Source: an uncultured Verrucomicrobiae bacterium
Lineage (GTDB): Bacteria; Verrucomicrobiota; Verrucomicrobiia; Chthoniobacterales; Chthoniobacteraceae
DNA: 64,000 bases
Direction of reading: 5' to 3'
Assembly (NCBI GenBank): GCA_963769025.1
Contig: CAVYKI010000012.1
Span: 64,001-128,000, forward strand
Below the pieces are notes generated by a model. It made no database searches. It was not told where the DNA came from and saw only the letters and a list, made by a program, of their open reading frames with translations. The position numbers were made by a program, and so were the translations under genes. Each line of letters opens with the position of its first letter. Position 1 is the stretch's first letter. Shown here piece by piece: positions 59,225 through 64,000 of the stretch.

Positions 59225-62200
59225 TTACCTGCGGGCGCGCGCCTTGCCCAGCTCGACGCCTTTCACGATGCGGAAACCATACGTGTCGTGAAGCGTATCC
59301 GGTGACGAACTGATGCGGCAGGACGACAGCAGGCTGAGCGGAATGGCGCCGTTGTACCACGAGCCGCCGCGAAGCGTCTTCGCGCGATTTTCGGAGTTCC
59401 AATAATCGGACACCCACTGCCACACGTTCCCGCCCATATCGTGGAGACCAAACGCATTCGCACGGAATTTCCCGACCGGCGATGTGTTCGCAAAACCGTC
59501 GTTGTAATTCGGGATCGGAATCTCCGTCTGCGTCTCCTCGCCTGCGTAATTGCCCGCACCCGCCGGCGGTGGCCACTGGTTGCCCCACGGATACACGTCC
59601 TGCACGCCCATGTCGCGCTCCTCAGGAGTCGCGCCGACTTCCACCGGAAGGCCGACAGCCTTGCTCCATTCCGCATCCGTCGGGAGGCGATACGCCTCGC
59701 CGCCTTTGAGCAGCCCGGCCTTGCGCTCCTTTTCCGTCAGCCATTTGCAAAATGCCTCCGCCTCGCGCCACGTCACGTTCACCACTGGATGATCCGGCGT
59801 CTGCTTGAATCCGGGATTTTTCCACGCTTCGGATTTCAAACCTGTCGCCGTCGCGAATGCCTCGAAGTCTTTCCGCGTCGTCAGATAGACGCTGAACTGC
59901 ACGTCACCCGCCGGGACAAACTTCATCCCCAGCGAGTTGGTTGACCCTTTGCTGTCAGTCGCTGCCTCGGGCGTCTTGTCCGGCGTGGCGGTGTCAGGAA
60001 TGAGCACTGGAGGTTTGGCGTTCCCCACCTCCTTGACCGGCAGCCCTTCCGAATCCCCGGAGAGCCGCTTCAGCTCAGTTTGGAGATCATTCAACTCGCG
60101 ATTGGCCACGTCCAGTTTGTCCTCGATTTTCTTCATCGCCTCTTTCCCCGCTTCGCCCAATTCCTTCAACGGACCGAGGGCGGCGTTCAGCTTTCCGACC
60201 TGCGCCTTCGCATCCAGAATTTGTTTCTCGACCGCGGCGATCTTGTCCTTGTTGGCCTTGCGCATCGTCTCGGTCTCGGCACGGCGGGCTTGCTCACCGG
60301 CAGTGGCGATTTTTTGCAAATCCAACTCCGCCTGCTGCTGCGAGAGTCTCACCTGCTCGCGCAGCGTTTCCGCCTTGGCGATGAGCTGCGAAAGACCGTC
60401 CGCATCCTTCCCGAAGTTCGCGACTTCGGCAGTCGCCGCGTTCAACTCGCGTTCCGCATCCTGGCGGGCCTTCAGCTTTTCGCCGCCCTTCGCGAGCACG
60501 TCATCGAGTTTGCGCTTTGCAGCGTCGGCCTGCTTGGCAGCCTCGGCAGCCGCGGCTTGCGCCTTGGCGAGGTCATCCTCGGATTTTTTGCGATCGGCCT
60601 CCAAAGTCTCGGCCTGCTGGATCACCGGAGCGACGCTCTTGCGCATCGCATCGAGATCTTTCTGCCGTTTTTCCTTTTCCAACTTCACCACCGCGAGTCG
60701 CCTCGTGGCTTCCTGCAACGCTTCGTTCGCCGCTGCGGCCGTCTTGCCGAGACTCGCGAGGGCGGCCTCGCGCTCCTTCTTGGCTCCGTCCAATTCCGCA
60801 AGCGTCGCCTTCGCAGGGAGCACCAGTTTCCCGAGTGGCTGCGGAGGCTCGGGAAGCACCGGTGCCGCCTCGTGCATGCCACGGGGCGCGGGCGTGGATT
60901 GCACCACGACTTTTCCGGGCGTCGGCTTGCCGACCGATTGGGCGGATGCGCCGATGAGCGTGTCGGGCACCACCGGCGTGGGGTTGCTGCCAATCAAAGT
61001 GTTGGGCTTGGGAGGCGGCGGCGTGGCCGTAAGCACGGGCGTGGTCGCCGCGATGGTTTTTGGCGGAGTAATCGGAACAGGCTCGGGCAACACTTCCGGC
61101 GACTTCACGTCGGGGCCGATGTCGATTTTGGGCGGCGTTTCAATTTCCGGCTGATTGATGCCGGGCTCGTCGATGCGCGCGACCGAACCATCTGTGTCGC
61201 CCTCGTTCGAGTCGGGCATGTTGCGCATGTAGATGCCGACGCCGATGATTCCCGCTGCGAGGACCAGCCAGACAAGGGGCGCCTTCGAACGCGGCCGATC
61301 GAGGTCCGGGAAATTTGCAGACAACGCGCCCTTTGGCTGCGCCTTCCGACCGCCGGCACTCTGCGTGATGGGAGGAATCTCCGGGTGGAGCGGCTTCTTC
61401 GACGCTGCGAATTTTTCCACTGCGGGCTCCGGCTCCGCGGGAGGAGTCTTTTCGGGACTCTTTTCGGAAATGACGCCATTGCCCGCACTCTCCGGGTGTT
61501 CGTGCTTTTTTGCAGGCCCGTCTTCGGCGACTGGACGTTCCGCCGCTTTCTCAGCGGGACGCTCCGCGACCTTTTCCGGGGCGATTTTTTCCGGAGCGAT
61601 TTTTTCCACCGCGGCAGCTGGCGCTGCCTCGGCCCGCGGACGGGCGGCGCCGGAATCCTGCCCGAGCAGCGCCAGGACATCGGCGAGATTTCGCGGCCGC
61701 GTCTCCATGGTTTTCTGCAAGCAAGAAGCAATCAGCTTTGCCCACGACGCCGGCACGGGAGCCGTGGCCCCCGCCGCGGCACGGGCGTCGGCGATCGGCG
61801 TGGGAGCGGCCTTGCGGATCTGTGGCACGATGTCATCGCCTGCAAAGGGCGGCTCGCCCGCGAGCAATTCGTGCAGCAACACACCGAAGCCGTAGATGTC
61901 ATCGCTCGCGCCAGGACGCTCGCCGTCGAGCTGCTGCGGACTCAGGTAGGAGAGTCGGGCAGCCGAGCCTTTCGCGAGGCCGGCTCGCTCGAGCGCATTC
62001 AGGATGACGCGGCTCACGCCGAAATTCGCGACGAGCAGTCCGCCATTCGGGCGGAGGTAAAGATTTGCCGGGGACAAATCCCGGTGGAAAAGCTGGATGC
62101 GATGCGCGTCCGCCAGCGTTTCGGCCAGCTGCGCGACCCACGGCTTCAGATCGTCCGGGTCGAGGCGGCCTTTCTTTTTCAGCAGATCCTGCAGCGACTC

Positions 62201-62536
62201 GCCGGCGAACGCATCCATCGAAATCGCGACATGGTTTCCATCCTCCACGAAGTCGTAAACGCGCAGGATGTTGGGATGGATGAGCTGGCGGTTGCGCTTC
62301 ACCTCCTGGCGCAGTTCGGTCATCGCGCGGGCATCGGCAGCCACGGCCGCCGGCACAAAATGCAGCGTAACGTCCTTGCCGAGCACTTCATCGCTCGCCA
62401 GCCACACGGGGTTCTCGCCCGCCTTGCCCAAGTCTTTTCGGAGCACGTAGCAGCCACCGATCTTCGTTCCCTCGCTGAGTGCCGATCCGGCGTTGGGTGA
62501 ATCAGGAGCCTGTTCGTTTGTTGGTAGCGTTTGCAC
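59225..62536 (-). CDS. Membrane Ser/Thr (pseudo)kinase - TM - Pro-rich linker - coiled coil - FGE/SUMF1-type domain
   Basis: HPNILRVYDF, HRDLSPAN, YLSPQQ; TM PLVWLVLAAGIIGVGIYM; NSLGMKFV, HPVVNVTW, YRLPTDAEW, DMGGNVWQW, RGGSW, GFRIV. Confidence 0.9.
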   Translation of the reverse strand: MQTLPTNEQAPDSPNAGSALSEGTKIGGCYVLRKDLGKAGENPVWLASDEVLGKDVTLHFVPAAVAADARAMTELRQEVKRNRQLIHPNILRVYDFVEDGNHVAISMDAFAGESLQDLLKKKGRLDPDDLKPWVAQLAETLADAHRIQLFHRDLSPANLYLRPNGGLLVANFGVSRVILNALERAGLAKGSAARLSYLSPQQLDGERPGASDDIYGFGVLLHELLAGEPPFAGDDIVPQIRKAAPTPIADARAAAGATAPVPASWAKLIASCLQKTMETRPRNLADVLALLGQDSGAARPRAEAAPAAAVEKIAPEKIAPEKVAERPAEKAAERPVAEDGPAKKHEHPESAGNGVISEKSPEKTPPAEPEPAVEKFAASKKPLHPEIPPITQSAGGRKAQPKGALSANFPDLDRPRSKAPLVWLVLAAGIIGVGIYMRNMPDSNEGDTDGSVARIDEPGINQPEIETPPKIDIGPDVKSPEVLPEPVPITPPKTIAATTPVLTATPPPPKPNTLIGSNPTPVVPDTLIGASAQSVGKPTPGKVVVQSTPAPRGMHEAAPVLPEPPQPLGKLVLPAKATLAELDGAKKEREAALASLGKTAAAANEALQEATRRLAVVKLEKEKRQKDLDAMRKSVAPVIQQAETLEADRKKSEDDLAKAQAAAAEAAKQADAAKRKLDDVLAKGGEKLKARQDAERELNAATAEVANFGKDADGLSQLIAKAETLREQVRLSQQQAELDLQKIATAGEQARRAETETMRKANKDKIAAVEKQILDAKAQVGKLNAALGPLKELGEAGKEAMKKIEDKLDVANRELNDLQTELKRLSGDSEGLPVKEVGNAKPPVLIPDTATPDKTPEAATDSKGSTNSLGMKFVPAGDVQFSVYLTTRKDFEAFATATGLKSEAWKNPGFKQTPDHPVVNVTWREAEAFCKWLTEKERKAGLLKGGEAYRLPTDAEWSKAVGLPVEVGATPEERDMGVQDVYPWGNQWPPPAGAGNYAGEETQTEIPIPNYNDGFANTSPVGKFRANAFGLHDMGGNVWQWVSDYWNSENRAKTLRGGSWYNGAIPLSLLSSCRISSSPDTLHDTYGFRIVKGVELGKARARR

Positions 62537-62699
62537 GGTGAAAATGTGGGCTGGTCGTGAGTAGCAAGAATTCCTCCAGGCAAATTTTGCCTGATCAAAG
62601 GGACCCGAGATTTAGCGGATCACCGATCGGATTTCAAGCTGGGTTCAGAGACAGCGAACACGGCTCTTCGGATCGTTGCGAGAAAAATCACGAAAACGC

Positions 62700-62729
62700 T
62701 TGCGCAATATCAAGACTTGTAGATACTTT
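62700..62729 (+). promoter_or_regulatory. Candidate sigma70 promoter in the AT-rich divergent intergenic region
   Basis: TTGCGC, 18 nt, TACTTT. Confidence 0.3.
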
Positions 62730-62837
62730 CTGTAATCACCATAGAAAGCTGTCTGGGATTCCGCTCTTTTCCTCACTCTTATTTCGCTTTTCACAGCCAA
62801 CAGTTGCCGCTAAAAACACATCACACCACATCCGAAA

Positions 62838-64000
62838 ATGAACACACCCGCACTCGTCACCGTCATCGCGACCGCCTGCTCGACGCTGGCATTCGCGGCT
62901 CCGCCGGAAAAATCCGCCGCGAGCCCGTCGCACGGCTACCTCAAAAACATCGCCCGCCAGCACTACACCTCGACGTTGTCGGTCTTCGACGCCACCGCGC
63001 AGCGCTACCTCTCCAACGAGGCCGCCGCCGCGTGGCTGGATGATGACGTCGCCACGGGCTGGCCCGCGCTCGCTGGCAAGCAGCACTACCTGCTCCAGTT
63101 CGCCGAGCCGCAGCTCATCACGAATTTCGAACTCTCGACCAAGGCTCCCAGCGGGACCGTGTCGCTCTTCACGGGAGACCGCGATGCCGCGCCCGGCGAC
63201 AAAGCTTGGACGCTCATTGCAAAGGACGTGCCCGTCGAAAGCATCAACAACCAGAAGCTCGCACGCCCCATCAACAAGTATGCGAAGTACCTGCTGATCG
63301 AAACGAACATCGGCGAACCGTCGCCGATCTACAGCTTGAACGTCTTCGGCGAGCGTTCGGCCTCCTCCACCGCCATCGTGCCCCGTCCCCAAGCGGTGGA
63401 CGTCAAGCCGCTTCTAGGTGACTTCGTGAACAACCAGACCGCGTTCAACATGGCCAGCATCTACGCGAAGGCCGAGGTGACCTACGCGAATTCCCGCGGC
63501 AGCGAAAACAGCTGGCAGCGTGCGATCGACGATGATCCGGAGACGTTGCTCGGCGTGAAAGCTTCGACCGGCGAGTCCGGCGCGGTTGTCCGTTTCGACG
63601 GTGCGCAGCCCTTCACCCGTCTCTCGATGCTCACGAACCCAAAGACGCGCGGCAAGGTGGACATCTTCCTCCTCAGCGAAGCGCCCCAGAACGGCGTCCC
63701 GGTGAGCATCGAAGGCATCACGCCCTCGGTCACGCTCACTTTCGACGGCGGCTCGCAGCGCGCCAGCGCGGACTTCGCCGAGACACGGGCCTCGGCCCTC
63801 GCGCTCCGTTGGACGCCTGAGAGCGGCGAGACCTTGTTCGCCCTCCGCGAACTGAACGTCTTCGCCGACCTCGCCCTGAGCGACCACGAAGTCGCCGGCG
63901 CACCCACCGCACTCGCCCAAGGACCTTCCGACGGCGAGCCGAGCGAGAAGAGCTTCGCAGACGGGAAAAGCCTGGCGGACGGCAAGAGCCTCTCGGACGG
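62838..64000 (+). CDS. Secreted protein with two discoidin/F5-8C-like beta-sandwich domains (3' end off window; absent from ORF track)
   Basis: Manual translation open to the window end: signal peptide; WLDDDVATGW...YAKYLLIE; AIDDDPET...ALRW...LRELNVF; ends in KSFADG KSLADG KSLSD. Confidence 0.7.
   Translation, partial: MNTPALVTVIATACSTLAFAAPPEKSAASPSHGYLKNIARQHYTSTLSVFDATAQRYLSNEAAAAWLDDDVATGWPALAGKQHYLLQFAEPQLITNFELSTKAPSGTVSLFTGDRDAAPGDKAWTLIAKDVPVESINNQKLARPINKYAKYLLIETNIGEPSPIYSLNVFGERSASSTAIVPRPQAVDVKPLLGDFVNNQTAFNMASIYAKAEVTYANSRGSENSWQRAIDDDPETLLGVKASTGESGAVVRFDGAQPFTRLSMLTNPKTRGKVDIFLLSEAPQNGVPVSIEGITPSVTLTFDGGSQRASADFAETRASALALRWTPESGETLFALRELNVFADLALSDHEVAGAPTALAQGPSDGEPSEKSFADGKSLADGKSLSD

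Noticed and set aside
59225..59420. FGE/C-type-lectin C-terminus as a diversity-generating retroelement target
   Set aside because: No reverse transcriptase and no second, adenine-variant copy (template repeat) seen in the window
61530..61625. EKIAP/ERPAEK short repeats in the kinase linker
   Set aside because: Ordinary low-complexity linker

Overview
High-GC bacterial chromosomal segment. Gene content (DUF1552/DUF1592 pair, DUF1080, ThuA-like, several PQQ-type propellers, kinase-FGE fusion) suggests the PVC superphylum, probably Verrucomicrobiota; this is an inference. About 50 CDSs: secreted peptidases and a peroxiredoxin, a six-gene PAS/receiver signalling cluster, housekeeping genes (folC, accD, comF, holB, comM), a small lower-GC toxin-antitoxin plus GIY-YIG nuclease islet, a DUF1552/DUF1592/DUF1028/CxxCH-barrel group, a CoA-transferase/thiolase/SDR/MFS catabolic unit, a TolC-HlyD-MacB exporter, and a Wzc/Wza/beta-barrel export trio preceded by a membrane pseudokinase-coiled coil-FGE protein. 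Several genes carry single-base frameshifts that look like read errors. No rRNA, tRNA, CRISPR array, integrase, transposase or reverse transcriptase was recognised. Best leads: an 88-aa secreted peptide built from three 22-aa Cys/His units, the pseudokinase next to the polysaccharide export genes, and a heme-PAS plus triple FAD-type PAS kinase paired with an XRE-receiver fusion. All family assignments come from reading motifs by eye, not from database searches.
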